64,000 bases of DNA from Chloroflexota bacterium (GTDB lineage Bacteria; Chloroflexota; Anaerolineae; Anaerolineales; UBA11579). A program made the translations under genes and the position numbers. The DNA is taken from positions 152,898 through 216,897 of the forward strand of contig JABFGG010000003.1 of NCBI GenBank assembly GCA_013112575.1, written 5' to 3'. The notes below the pieces were generated by a model. The model made no database searches, was not told where the DNA came from, and saw only the letters and a list, made by a program, of their open reading frames with translations. This document shows, in pieces, positions 46,639 to 57,182 of this stretch; the first letter of the stretch is position 1; each line of letters opens with the position of its first letter.

Positions 46639-48672
46639 ATGGGTAAAAAACAGGATCTGAGCAAAAGACGAATGGAAGCTTTGAGGCGCGGGGACCTCGA
46701 AACGGCGGATAAGCTCTTACGGGAGTTGATGCCGCGGCAGCGCAGAGATCAGGAGGCGCATGATCTGGAAAAAGAGGCATTACGGGCAAGACGCAGTAAA
46801 AAGCTGCGGGACAGGAACACCTATGATGTGGTGGCCGGGGACAGCTTCTTTTCGGTGGCAAGTGAGGTGTTAGGGGATGCGCGGCTGGCGGGGGCATTAC
46901 TTGAGGCGAACCCGAATGTTTACGTGCTGCGTCCGGGGATGGTGTTGGACCTGCCGGAATTGGACACTGAAGCAGAAGAACCACCGTTGTTCTCGGAGGA
47001 GGCTTACCGCGATGCGCTGATCTCACAGGAGTTGGTGGATGCGATTGGAGGCGATCCGAGTGGGGCGCGTGTGGGGGATGAAGACGTGGAGATAGAAGCG
47101 GATGAGGAATTTGTGCAGGACAGCCAGGAGGCCTTGGCGGGTCTGGGAATGGAGGAAGAAGCCCTGGCAGAAGCGGTGGCAGACCTGCTGATAAACCTGG
47201 GGTATACCGATGTGCCAGTACCCAAAGTGATGGAGAAGCCTGCCGCACAAGTAGAAGAGGATATTGACGAAGAAACGTTTGAGGGGCCAGCCCTTGAGAC
47301 CGAAGAGTACCTAGGGGCAGATGTAAGTTTGGAGGATGGGCCGCAACAAGATGAAACCCCACCGTCACCAGATGACGAAGGAAAGCGCGGAACTAGGAAG
47401 GTAGAAGGTAAGGGGACGTCAGAACCGGAACCGGCGGTTGTTCCGACAGAGGAAGTAGAGCCGACCGAAGTTGTCAACGAGCCCCTGCCCAGCTATGAGG
47501 AACTGGTGATCGCTGAGGAGACGAACTGGCCGCAATGGGAGAATGCCTTAGAGAACTCAGGCATCGAATTGAGGGATAATGAGGGTGAACTGAATCTTGA
47601 GGAGATCAGCACTTTTATTGCGGAAGATATTGAAGTAAATAAAGAACGTTATGCCCAGGAATTGGGAATGACAGTTGATGAGTTGGCAGAGGTTTCAAAA
47701 GAAAGAGTAGAGATTTGGCTGGAGGCAGCTGAATTGCATGGCCAGTTAGATGTTTTTAACACCTCATTATTACTGAAGCAGAATGATCAAGATATTTTTG
47801 GAGTCAATATTGATGTCATGGTTGATGGGGCCCCGATGGGTTTGGATGCTTACATCGAAACTCAGAACGATGCAGATATTGAATCGACTCGGCTGAATTT
47901 TTCAATAGCGTTGGTAAATATGGGTTTTGCTTTGTCAGGTGTTTCTCCTGATTATGATGATCCGGGAGAGGTATTTCGGGATGTATTCGGTGATGTAACA
48001 ATCAAATTTGACAGCAAATATAGTCAGGGTTGGGGGTGCAAGACTAACTCGAGTCGAGAGGTCGTGTGTGGGAGTGGTGGGTTGAGTTACAGTATTCCGC
48101 AATATGGATATTTTGGTTTATATCCCGAAGTAATCATCCATGAATTGGGCCATGTTTTGCATAGTAGAATAGCGAGAAACTTGGCAATAGGTTTAGGACG
48201 AACCCCGAATAACGAAGATAAAGAACTGGAACAGATCTACAAGGACAAATTAAGCTTATTTGACCCCTATATTCGTCTCGGTAGCACGAGTTTATACTTA
48301 GACGAAGATTACACAGATGGTGAAGGAATTGTTTTCGCTGGGCCAGGAATTGCTGAGCGGAGTGAGTTAGGATGGCAGTATACGGATAGGGATGGTTACC
48401 TGTCAGATTTACCTTATCAGATACATGGTTATGAATTATTTCCGCTACCTAAAACTCCTGAAGAACGAGAAGATTATGATGATCCTAATAGCCCGAATGA
48501 AAGATTTGCAGATATGTTTTTAAACTGGGTACTAGACTCATTTGACTACACTGACTCTGCTCAAGGAGCTGGCCAAGCCATGTATGATTGGGTTGATGAA
48601 AATGCTGCTGATTTTGTGTATTTTGCATCTCACACGTATTCAGAAGAATGGGACAATAGAATTGAGAATTGA
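46639..48672 (+). CDS. LysM-domain protein with acidic linker and C-terminal HExxH metallopeptidase-like domain
   Basis: Basic N-terminus. LysM (YDVVAGDSFFSVASEVLGD...LRPGMVLDLP). A long Asp/Glu-rich middle. VIIHELGHVLH near the C-terminus. No signal peptide. Confidence 0.7.
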   Translation: MGKKQDLSKRRMEALRRGDLETADKLLRELMPRQRRDQEAHDLEKEALRARRSKKLRDRNTYDVVAGDSFFSVASEVLGDARLAGALLEANPNVYVLRPGMVLDLPELDTEAEEPPLFSEEAYRDALISQELVDAIGGDPSGARVGDEDVEIEADEEFVQDSQEALAGLGMEEEALAEAVADLLINLGYTDVPVPKVMEKPAAQVEEDIDEETFEGPALETEEYLGADVSLEDGPQQDETPPSPDDEGKRGTRKVEGKGTSEPEPAVVPTEEVEPTEVVNEPLPSYEELVIAEETNWPQWENALENSGIELRDNEGELNLEEISTFIAEDIEVNKERYAQELGMTVDELAEVSKERVEIWLEAAELHGQLDVFNTSLLLKQNDQDIFGVNIDVMVDGAPMGLDAYIETQNDADIESTRLNFSIALVNMGFALSGVSPDYDDPGEVFRDVFGDVTIKFDSKYSQGWGCKTNSSREVVCGSGGLSYSIPQYGYFGLYPEVIIHELGHVLHSRIARNLAIGLGRTPNNEDKELEQIYKDKLSLFDPYIRLGSTSLYLDEDYTDGEGIVFAGPGIAERSELGWQYTDRDGYLSDLPYQIHGYELFPLPKTPEEREDYDDPNSPNERFADMFLNWVLDSFDYTDSAQGAGQAMYDWVDENAADFVYFASHTYSEEWDNRIEN

Positions 48673-48694
48673 ATTGGTAAGTTTTGGATAAAAC

Positions 48695-49672
48695 ATGAGA
48701 AATGACAAGGGTCTTTTTCAACGAATTGGAGGAACAGTTATCGGAAGTTTAGTAAAGGTGCTGTTGCTTATCTTTTTTTTACTAGTCGTAATCTCCTTCG
48801 TGAGTTGTTCACCGACGAATAGATACGATCCAAGATTGCTCATAGAGAATGGTCTCCAAATGAGTTGGTCACCTTCTGGGAAGGAAATTGCATATGTTGC
48901 AGATCGTGAGGGCTCTGACACTCATGATCTCTATCTATATGATACTCAGACAGGAAATATTAGCCAGGTTACTGAATTAGATGGCCCTTATGCACCTGCG
49001 TTTCCTAGTTGGTCCCCAAATGGTCAAAAGCTTTCATTTGTCCTTTATTCTGAGGGTTTAGATATTGTCTTATTAGATTTTGGTAAGTTTGACGGAACCC
49101 CACTAGACAGCATTGAATTAAGAGAATTAATTGCAAAAGGGGTCCCACCGACTCAAACTGGAGAGATATATGCCTGGAACGACGACCCCCATTGGTCACC
49201 AGACGGTACAAAGATAGCGTTCATTTCCTGGCTGGAGGAGAATGTTGAAATCTACATAATGGATGAGGAAGGAGACAATGCAATCAAAATTGGAGAACAG
49301 GTTGGAAAAAATTATGAGCCTACTTGGTCACCGGATGGAAATTCGCTTGCTTTTGTATCAGACCGAGACGGAAACCTCGAAATCTATACAGTGAACCTCA
49401 TTAGTTTGGAAGTATCAAGAATAACTAATAGTTCAGAAATAGACCAGTCTCCTGATTGGTCTCCTGATGGGAAATGGCTCGTATTCGAATCGATGAGAAC
49501 AGGGAACTGGGATCTGTTTGCGTTTCACCTAGAGAGTGGGGAGTTGGTGCAACTGACTTTTGATGAGGCGGATGACTATACTGCTGATTGGTCGCCAGAT
49601 GGAAGCTTGATCGGGTTTACGTCTTTGCGATTAGGTGAAGCGGCTTTGTATGTGATCGATGCGCCGGAGTAG
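48695..49672 (+). CDS. TolB-like PD40 beta-propeller lipoprotein 1
   Basis: Lipobox FVSC. Repeated WSPDG/WSPNG blades. Confidence 0.8.
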   Translation: MRNDKGLFQRIGGTVIGSLVKVLLLIFFLLVVISFVSCSPTNRYDPRLLIENGLQMSWSPSGKEIAYVADREGSDTHDLYLYDTQTGNISQVTELDGPYAPAFPSWSPNGQKLSFVLYSEGLDIVLLDFGKFDGTPLDSIELRELIAKGVPPTQTGEIYAWNDDPHWSPDGTKIAFISWLEENVEIYIMDEEGDNAIKIGEQVGKNYEPTWSPDGNSLAFVSDRDGNLEIYTVNLISLEVSRITNSSEIDQSPDWSPDGKWLVFESMRTGNWDLFAFHLESGELVQLTFDEADDYTADWSPDGSLIGFTSLRLGEAALYVIDAPE

Positions 49673-49712
49673 TGTTTAGCAAAGTCGGATTTTCGTCAAA
49701 GGGGTTCTTTAG

Positions 49713-50666
49713 ATGAAATCAATATGGATAGTATTCTTTTGCTTGCTTGTTGTAAGTGGAACCGGATGTGGTTCTAACAACAGAATTCAAGACCGCATTC
49801 GGCTGACAAATAACCTTAGCATAGATATTTTGCCAGACTGGGCACCGGATGGAACACAAATCGCATTTGTACGTAGAGAGGAAGATAATAACAATGCTCA
49901 CCAAGTTTTTGCAGTTCATGTATTGAATCAGATCGAAGAGGAACTCCTCAATAATGAAACCAGTTACAGAATAGATGGACTTGGCTGGTTGCCTGACGGA
50001 GAAGAGATTGCTTTTTTAATATTTGGTGGAGACGTTGGCCCTGCAGTCGGCATACTATCTTATATTCAGGGGGAAATACCACCTCCGAGCATTTTAAAGA
50101 TGGAGGTATTACGCGGTTTGGGCGACCGAGCATTTGTATGGAACTTTGAATGGTCATCAAGTGGGGAAGAAATTGCAATCATACGAAACTATGATGATAG
50201 CATTGCTCCTGGCTTATACACCGTGAAAAGAGATAATACTGAGTTGCAACAAATAACGCAGGGTTACGGAGCCTGGGGGCCAAGTTGGTCTCCAGATGGG
50301 AATAGGATTGTGTTCGAGCATATTGGGGAAATCGATCCGAATGATACTGTGTTTATGTCTGATGAAAATGGAGAAATATACACCATCAAAGTAGATGGAA
50401 CAGAACTTTTCCAAGTGACTAATCACATCGCGAATGACTCTGAGCCTGAATGGTCACCAGCAGGAGATTGGATAGCATTTGTTTCTGAGAGAGATGGAAA
50501 CAAGGAGTTGTATGTAATTCGACCTGATGGTAGGGAACTCACACGACTAACTGAGGAAGAGGCAGACGACTATTCGCCAACCTGGTCGCCAGATGGAACA
50601 CAGATCGCGTTTGTGTCTGAACGGGATGGGAACCCTGAGCTATATATTATGGATGTGCCGGAGTAG
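49713..50666 (+). CDS. TolB-like PD40 beta-propeller lipoprotein 2
   Basis: Lipobox SGTGC. Repeated WSPDG/WAPDG blades. Confidence 0.8.
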   Translation: MKSIWIVFFCLLVVSGTGCGSNNRIQDRIRLTNNLSIDILPDWAPDGTQIAFVRREEDNNNAHQVFAVHVLNQIEEELLNNETSYRIDGLGWLPDGEEIAFLIFGGDVGPAVGILSYIQGEIPPPSILKMEVLRGLGDRAFVWNFEWSSSGEEIAIIRNYDDSIAPGLYTVKRDNTELQQITQGYGAWGPSWSPDGNRIVFEHIGEIDPNDTVFMSDENGEIYTIKVDGTELFQVTNHIANDSEPEWSPAGDWIAFVSERDGNKELYVIRPDGRELTRLTEEEADDYSPTWSPDGTQIAFVSERDGNPELYIMDVPE

Positions 50667-50856
50667 AAGATAGAAGGAGCTAGGGGGCAGAAGAAACAAA
50701 AGGTCCAGAAGGGCCAAAGGAGTTAAAAGCGTAGAGGTTTGACAATAGGGGCGTAGGGAAAACAAGAAGCAAGACTTGCTCAAGTAATTTTGAATAGCGG
50801 GGGGGGTGTGAGGGGAAATTGAACATTGTCCATTTTTCTATTTAAAGGAGTTAGCG

Positions 50857-52761
50857 GTGAAGAGTTTGAATTATTACCAGGGTTTGGCGAATGAGATGGT
50901 GCAGGCTGACCGGGGGCGAGATGCGATGCTGAGGGCGATGGATGATATGTGGCATAACCGGTGGAGTTTGCCAAAAGGGATAAGCAATTTGCGGTGGGTG
51001 CACAAGGTGGTGAGCACGGACCCGCACGATGCACTACGAGCAGGTACGCGGGTACTGAGTAGTGTGGAACCGCGCATCAAGCTGCAGCCGCTGGCACCCA
51101 ATGAGGCGACACGCGAAAAAACGGATGGCATTGAACGAGCACTGGGATGGCATTTCCGAAATGCGAGCAGGCGGCGGCGGGCGAATGTGCTGCGAGACGT
51201 GGTATTGAGCACATTGTTATATGATGAGGTGGTGGCGCAGGTAGTGTATCTACCGGAGCAGATCGAGGCGATGAAGGCGTTCAAGGGAGACACGCGACGC
51301 CTGGAGGCAGCACGACGATATGGGCCATTTTCGATCCTAGTGAGGAACCCGCGGCAGGTGCACGTGCGGTATTCGGACTGGATGCCGGAAAGTGTGTTGT
51401 TAAAGAAGGTGATGCGGGTGGGGGAGGTGGTCGATTTTTGGGGGACAAAGGCCAGGGGCTTAAAAAATAAGCTGAAGGAGCAGGGGAGTAAGGGAGTGGG
51501 GGGGAAGAAGGATTGGGAATATTGCACGGTGTATGACTACATGGACCTGGATGTGCGGGTGGTGTGGGCTGTGCCGCATGCCGGGGGAAGCATGGTGAGC
51601 GATCCTTTAGGGGATGCGGAGGGCACAGGCGGGGTGCAAATCTTGCGAGAGAAACATGATCTGGGTTTCTTGCCGTGGGTGGCTAAGGTGGGGGGCACGA
51701 CACTGGAAGATGAGGCGGCTTTCCAGCGGATGCCGTTGTTGGCTTCGATCTACCAGAGCGGACAGTGGGATACGCAAAACATCGTGGATACCTTGATGGC
51801 GAGCGAAGTGATCGCATATGCGGCTGCGCCTCGCTTGAAGGTGTCCGGGCCGACGGACCAGGTGGAAGTGGATTATGGCGAGCCGGGACGGCCAGCGTAC
51901 GTGCCACCGGGGCATGAATTGAGTGCGATGACGCCTCCGGGGCTGGACCAGAGTCTGGCGGTGCTGGCAGAGCGGATCGGAAGCCGGATGGCAAAAAGCA
52001 CAGTGCCGCGAGTGTTGCAGAGCGGGGATTTCCCATCGGGGACGGCGTTTTCGACGCTGAACCTGGCGACGCAGAGCGGGATCAAGTCATTGGCGCCGTA
52101 TAAAGAACTGGCTGAAGAGGCGCTGGTGGATGTGTTCACGCAGATGTTGTATTGGGTGAAATATGCCAATGAGCCTGTGCTGGCATTTGGAAAGAAACGC
52201 GATGATCCAGGCAGCCAGTACACGATCTACCCGAAGGATATTGACCTGGAGAGTGTTTACATGGAGGTTGAATTGACGGCGGATGTGCCGACAGACCGGA
52301 TGGCGCGCATCAACGCAGCCTCGATGGCGGTGCGGGACCTGAATTACTCAAAATCGCGGGCACTGGAACAGGTGGGCGAATCCGACCCGGGCTTCATCAT
52401 GGAGCAAGCGCGTGAGGAAACGCTGGATGAAGTTGACCTGGAAATTGAAAAACAACGTAAGCTGGCATTGGGGAAGCTGGAGATCGAGAAGATGGTGAAA
52501 GAGATACAGGAAGGGGAAGAGGAGGCGAAAGCGCCAGAGGAAGCAGAAGTATCAGAGGGGCCAGTGGCAGTAGCCGGGCAGCCCCAAAATATCCAAGAGC
52601 TATTAAAGCAGCCGAAGTTCCGGGAGCGTGTGCATGAGGTCATGGGGCAGGGGTTTAACCCGGCGGCGGGTGGCAGCCCTCCAGTGCAGGCAGACCCTGA
52701 ACTCAGCAATCGTAAAAAGCCAGCAACTACAAAGACAGGTGAAGAGGTCGCAGAGGTATAG
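50857..52761 (+). CDS. phage portal protein (candidate)
   Basis: 634 aa, lies between the terminase and capsid genes, acidic C-terminal tail, GTG start after AGGAG. The call rests on size and synteny, not on a recognised motif. Confidence 0.6.
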   Translation: MKSLNYYQGLANEMVQADRGRDAMLRAMDDMWHNRWSLPKGISNLRWVHKVVSTDPHDALRAGTRVLSSVEPRIKLQPLAPNEATREKTDGIERALGWHFRNASRRRRANVLRDVVLSTLLYDEVVAQVVYLPEQIEAMKAFKGDTRRLEAARRYGPFSILVRNPRQVHVRYSDWMPESVLLKKVMRVGEVVDFWGTKARGLKNKLKEQGSKGVGGKKDWEYCTVYDYMDLDVRVVWAVPHAGGSMVSDPLGDAEGTGGVQILREKHDLGFLPWVAKVGGTTLEDEAAFQRMPLLASIYQSGQWDTQNIVDTLMASEVIAYAAAPRLKVSGPTDQVEVDYGEPGRPAYVPPGHELSAMTPPGLDQSLAVLAERIGSRMAKSTVPRVLQSGDFPSGTAFSTLNLATQSGIKSLAPYKELAEEALVDVFTQMLYWVKYANEPVLAFGKKRDDPGSQYTIYPKDIDLESVYMEVELTADVPTDRMARINAASMAVRDLNYSKSRALEQVGESDPGFIMEQAREETLDEVDLEIEKQRKLALGKLEIEKMVKEIQEGEEEAKAPEEAEVSEGPVAVAGQPQNIQELLKQPKFRERVHEVMGQGFNPAAGGSPPVQADPELSNRKKPATTKTGEEVAEV

Positions 52762-52763
52762 TC

Positions 52764-54389
52764 ATGGGTGATAAGAATCGAGAGATCGCAGAGTATTACA
52801 AGAAACGAAGAAGAGGGGAACGGGATGATGAAATGCTGGACCGGATCGTGGGGGGAGGGAGGCGACAGCGAAGGGCCAAGGCTGAGGAGAGGGAGGCCAA
52901 ACGGGAGTATCGAAAAAAGCGTAGCCTGTTACAAAATGCGTACACGGTGCAGCTGGGCGATAGCTGGTTCAGCATTGCGGGGAGCGAAATGGGAGACCAG
53001 CGCTATGCAGGAGACCTGGCGAGGGCAAACCCGGGGTTTGACGTATTGAAGCCGGGGACGGTAATCATGCTGCCGCCTGCGGGGGGAGAGGAGACACCTA
53101 TCCTGACATACGAAGATTATGAGATGTTGGAGGGTATTCAGGAAAAGGTGGAAGAGGCACAAGAGCCGCCGGTGACAGCAGCAAACAGCCCAGTCTATGG
53201 TGATCCTGCAGGAATAGAAGCGGAACACGACATGATACAAGCCTATTTGGATAGGCAAGAAGCGGATGAGACTCCTGTAGATGAAGAGGCGAATGGACTG
53301 GAGGAGGAATTCAATGTGGCGGATTATGAGGCGGAGGCGCAAGCGATAGCACAGATGTTGTTGGAGATGCAAGCTTTGCGTGAGCAGGAGGAAGAGGGGT
53401 CAATAAAGGTGGCGGCCCTTGCGCAGGATGTTGTTTTGCAGGAAGAAACGCAAGAGCAAAAAGAAGCAAATGAATTGTTGGATACCTGGTTTCAGACCCA
53501 AGTAGCAGATATGAAAATCCTGGGGCAGGATAATTACCGTGCAATTCATAATGAGTACAAGGCATTACAAAATGGAATTAGCCAGGGTAGCGTTACGCGT
53601 AATGAAATGTTTAGAAGGGTATATGGAACGGAATATGTGCCGACCCCCACACCAACGCCTACAGAGGGATTGCCCCCACCTATTGTAGAAGTACGGCCAT
53701 TAGAAACTGATACACCTGAGCCTATTCTCACACCAGAGCCTATTCGAATACCTACTGCAGAACCTACAGCAGCAAATTGGGTAGAGGTCTTGGAGTCGTA
53801 TGCTCCAATGAATGGGGATGGATTTTTTGTTTCAGGAAATCGTCATGGGACAGAAATACTTAAAGGATTGCATGTGGGTGTTGACATTGCCGCAGATGAC
53901 CGTATTGTTGAGGCCAATGTGGCGGGGAAAGTGTACTTCTTCCAGACCCTCAAGGGTGCTGGAGGAATAATCGAAACAAGAGCCTTTGACCCTGCATTGG
54001 AATACCCTGAAAATGATGATAGTTATGAGGACTTTGGGAATTATGTAGTGCTCGTAAGTGAATTCAACGGTGAGACTTACTATCAAGTCTTTGCTCATTT
54101 AGAGTCATTCAGTCATGATTTTCAGAATGGTGATGAAGTGCCCGCTGGAACTTTATTAGGGGAAATGGGGAAAACAGGCGCTACTGAAGAGTATCATGTC
54201 CATTGGGAGATTCGAACAGAGGACGGAGTCAATATAGATGAAAATGGGGTGATTCGATTTGATATTTTTGAACGGGTTTTAGCGGACGGCACATATCCTA
54301 CCTATTATGCGCAATCAGAGGAAGAGTTAGAGCAGTTTACAATTAACCCATATGATTTCACTAATCTGCTGAATTCTATTGACAATTAA
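52764..54389 (+). CDS. LysM-domain protein with acidic linker and C-terminal M23 peptidase domain
   Basis: Start lies 2 nt after the portal stop. Basic N-terminus. LysM (YTVQLGDSWFSIAGSEMGD...LKPGTVIMLPP). M23 motifs HVGVDIAA and YHVHWEIR. Confidence 0.75.
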   Translation: MGDKNREIAEYYKKRRRGERDDEMLDRIVGGGRRQRRAKAEEREAKREYRKKRSLLQNAYTVQLGDSWFSIAGSEMGDQRYAGDLARANPGFDVLKPGTVIMLPPAGGEETPILTYEDYEMLEGIQEKVEEAQEPPVTAANSPVYGDPAGIEAEHDMIQAYLDRQEADETPVDEEANGLEEEFNVADYEAEAQAIAQMLLEMQALREQEEEGSIKVAALAQDVVLQEETQEQKEANELLDTWFQTQVADMKILGQDNYRAIHNEYKALQNGISQGSVTRNEMFRRVYGTEYVPTPTPTPTEGLPPPIVEVRPLETDTPEPILTPEPIRIPTAEPTAANWVEVLESYAPMNGDGFFVSGNRHGTEILKGLHVGVDIAADDRIVEANVAGKVYFFQTLKGAGGIIETRAFDPALEYPENDDSYEDFGNYVVLVSEFNGETYYQVFAHLESFSHDFQNGDEVPAGTLLGEMGKTGATEEYHVHWEIRTEDGVNIDENGVIRFDIFERVLADGTYPTYYAQSEEELEQFTINPYDFTNLLNSIDN

Positions 54390-54485
54390 TAAATGTGTGG
54401 TTAAAAACTCGAGCAAGTGAGGAAATCTTGGTAACATGAAAAGGACGTTCGTTCCTGAAAGGCGAAAAAGCGGTCGAGGTGTTTC

Positions 54486-55136
54486 ATGAATAATATAATC
54501 AAACGTAGAAAAAAGACTGTGGTAATTGTGAGTTTCGCAATACTCATATTGACCGGGTGTCAAAGTGGAATACTCACTGTCCCTACCCAAACTCAGGAGG
54601 TGAAGCCAATATTTGCCCCTGAGCCAACTCTTGAAGGCTCGTGGGCAGGTTTGCCATTCGGCGAGAACTGGGAGCTCAGAGTCGTTGGGGCGGATGAGGA
54701 GCGGGAAAACCCCTGGTTGTATGCTTACTTTGAAGGGCAGGAAGTCCTGGCGAATAGAGATTATGAGGGCTGCGAGTTGACCTATTGGTTTGGTTCTGGG
54801 GAAGGAATAGATGAGTTTGGGGAATTCCCTGAATTCTTTTCTTATATCTCTTTTGAGCAAAAGATAGGAGGAAATGATTTTGGTGTTATTCTCCATCTTT
54901 TAGAAGGAGAACTCGATTATATTAAATATGTCTTTGACTCAAAGATATACGGGGCATCCAACGTATATGAAAATGGATATGTTGGTACTTTGCGTCTTCG
55001 ATTGATCGATACCGAGATCGATCCATGCATCCAAGAAACGAAGTGGCTATTAGCGGAGATAGACCCAAGTGGGATGTATGCGATGCGAGATCCATTCATG
55101 GAATGGAATAATGTGAGGCGATTTGGGGATGAATAA
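54486..55136 (+). CDS. lipoprotein of unknown function, paralog A
   Basis: Lipobox ILTGC. About 90 percent DNA identity to 58398-58952. Confidence 0.6.
   Translation: MNNIIKRRKKTVVIVSFAILILTGCQSGILTVPTQTQEVKPIFAPEPTLEGSWAGLPFGENWELRVVGADEERENPWLYAYFEGQEVLANRDYEGCELTYWFGSGEGIDEFGEFPEFFSYISFEQKIGGNDFGVILHLLEGELDYIKYVFDSKIYGASNVYENGYVGTLRLRLIDTEIDPCIQETKWLLAEIDPSGMYAMRDPFMEWNNVRRFGDE
54618..55136 (+). repeat. direct repeat copy A (about 0.52 kb)
   Basis: Aligns with 58398-58952 at a 3780-bp offset. For example, CCTGAGCCAACTCTTGAAGGCTCGTGGGCAGGTTTGCCA is identical in both. Confidence 0.8.
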
Positions 55137-55175
55137 GGGGGGATTGATGAATAAGCAAGGGATTTTGTAGTTGCG

Positions 55176-56126
55176 ATGAGAACATTGTGGATTCCTGTGA
55201 TTTATTTGCTTTTTGTTGTGGGGTGTAAAGGCTTTTGGGAAGAGCCGCGGCTAGAAGGTCACATAGCGTTCATGATGGAAGTGGAAGGGAATCATGATAT
55301 TTACATCATGGAACCCAATGGGGACAATGTCAGAAGATTAACGGACCACGCTGCTTATGATATGGAACCGGCCCTCTCCCCTGATGGGCAAAAAGTCGTT
55401 TTCGTTTCAGATCGCGATAAGAATTGGGATATCTACATGGTGGATGTGGACGGTAGTAATGTAACCCAGCTTACATTTTCCTCTATGGCGAATGAGAGCT
55501 TTGAAGAGTTTTCAAAAGCACTTGATTGGGGAACACACTGGTCTCCGGATGGGAGATGGATCGCATTCCAGTCGCAGCGAGACGGCAATGCTGAGATATA
55601 CGTAATGCGCTCGGATGGGAGCAATCAAAAAAGATTGACCTTTCACCCAGCGGATGATGCTCTGCCGACATGGTCGCCAGACGGTACACAAATAGGTTTC
55701 ATGTCTGCGAGGCCAAGTCCAGTAGACATCCCTGTGCGGAACTTTGATACCTATCTGTTGGACACAGAAAGTGGTGTAGTCAGTAGAGTAACTGAATATG
55801 TTGGCCTGGATGGGCCTCCTGTATGGTCACCAGATGGAGATCTGATAGCCATCGCCTCGGAACGAGAAGGGGGACAAAGAATATTCATTGTAGATGTCAG
55901 TAGTGGTGAATGGCGATTATTGACGGAGGCGTATGATGAGGGAAATGAAGAGTTTAATGGAGAGCTAGATGGAGAGATACGTGAGGGTTCTGAAAGTTGG
56001 TCACCAGATGGTAATTGGCTGGTGTTAACCTACGGAGCCAAGATCTGTACGATACATAAAGAGGGACATAGTTTGAATTGTATTGAAGGAATAAGTCGTG
56101 CAGCACAGCCTGATTGGGGACCGTGA
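55176..56126 (+). CDS. TolB-like PD40 beta-propeller lipoprotein 3
   Basis: Lipobox VVGC. Repeated SPDG blades. Confidence 0.8.
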   Translation: MRTLWIPVIYLLFVVGCKGFWEEPRLEGHIAFMMEVEGNHDIYIMEPNGDNVRRLTDHAAYDMEPALSPDGQKVVFVSDRDKNWDIYMVDVDGSNVTQLTFSSMANESFEEFSKALDWGTHWSPDGRWIAFQSQRDGNAEIYVMRSDGSNQKRLTFHPADDALPTWSPDGTQIGFMSARPSPVDIPVRNFDTYLLDTESGVVSRVTEYVGLDGPPVWSPDGDLIAIASEREGGQRIFIVDVSSGEWRLLTEAYDEGNEEFNGELDGEIREGSESWSPDGNWLVLTYGAKICTIHKEGHSLNCIEGISRAAQPDWGP

Positions 56127-56219
56127 TTCTTGGGGAAGGAATAGCTAAAGAGACCTTCAAAACTCTTGCAAAATAAGTTTAGATGGCTCTTGAAGCGCGA
56201 AGTGAAAGCAGAGTGATTG

Positions 56220-57149
56220 ATGAGTAATGGGATTTTGATCTATCTAGCGAAACTTTGGTTTTCATTAGTTTTATCTGGTTTGTTTGTGGCTAGCTGTACT
56301 TTCCTTGAATCGACAACAAAACCGGAGGGTCAATTACTATTTGTTGGAGAATCTGAAGATGGGTTAGATTCTGAAGCTTTTGTTTACAATTTAGAAAAAG
56401 AAATCACAAACCAATTGACAGATAATGAAATCACTGATTATTATGCAAAATTTTCGGCTGATGGCAAGCAAATTGCGGTGGCTGCGGGGTTACCAATGCC
56501 GGGAATAGTATTAGTAGATATAGAAACTCAAGACCTTTATCAATTGACTAATGAGGAAACTTTAGTTGGTTATTTATCCTGGTCATCTGATGGGGAGTGG
56601 ATTGCCTTTTCCAAAGATATGGATTCAGGTTCTGTCAATTCAGATATTTATAGAGTAAATATTGACAATAGTACAGTCTCTAAATTCTTTGGCACGGACG
56701 GCAATGACATTCGTGTATTATGGTCACCTGATGGAAACCAAGTAGCATTCAGTTCAAATTTTGAGGCTATTGAATTTAACGACTATGATGTATATGTTTA
56801 CGAGATTGATGATGCTAGTATTGTTAGATTGACATTTGAAGATTCGGATGATGCACCGCTATCCTGGTCTCCAGATGGGAAATACTTAATTGTGTCTTCT
56901 GGAACTGGACTAGATAATCAGGATAAGCGGTTTTTCTTGTTAGAGGTTGATACAGGCAACAAAGAACCTCTAATCGAAGATAAAAATTATTCAACAGGAA
57001 AAAATGAGAATTCTGCAATTTGGTCACCTGATGGGAATTGGATCGCTATAGATGTGGATGGCAGGATTTGTATTATGGATCTGAAGGGTGAACTCTACGA
57101 TTGCTATACGGAAGGATATAAATATATATTGACTGATTGGGGGCCGTGA
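56220..57149 (+). CDS. TolB-like PD40 beta-propeller lipoprotein 4
   Basis: Lipobox FVASC. WSSDG/WSPDG blades. ATG at 56220 (the track uses TTG at 56217). Confidence 0.75.
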   Translation: MSNGILIYLAKLWFSLVLSGLFVASCTFLESTTKPEGQLLFVGESEDGLDSEAFVYNLEKEITNQLTDNEITDYYAKFSADGKQIAVAAGLPMPGIVLVDIETQDLYQLTNEETLVGYLSWSSDGEWIAFSKDMDSGSVNSDIYRVNIDNSTVSKFFGTDGNDIRVLWSPDGNQVAFSSNFEAIEFNDYDVYVYEIDDASIVRLTFEDSDDAPLSWSPDGKYLIVSSGTGLDNQDKRFFLLEVDTGNKEPLIEDKNYSTGKNENSAIWSPDGNWIAIDVDGRICIMDLKGELYDCYTEGYKYILTDWGP

Positions 57150-57182
57150 AATTTGAGTGTCGGGAATGATGAAGTAATAAAA

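Noticed and set aside
46637-47368. 243-aa Pro-rich minus-strand ORF
   Set aside because: Antisense to the GC-rich acidic linker of the LysM/HExxH gene. The Pro/Ser-rich low-complexity translation is what the reverse frame of GAG/GAA-rich coding gives.
50739-50767. TTGACA upstream of the portal gene as a third phage promoter
   Set aside because: There is no acceptable -10 hexamer at 16-18 nt. Similarity to the 53-bp element is limited to GGT.TTGACA.
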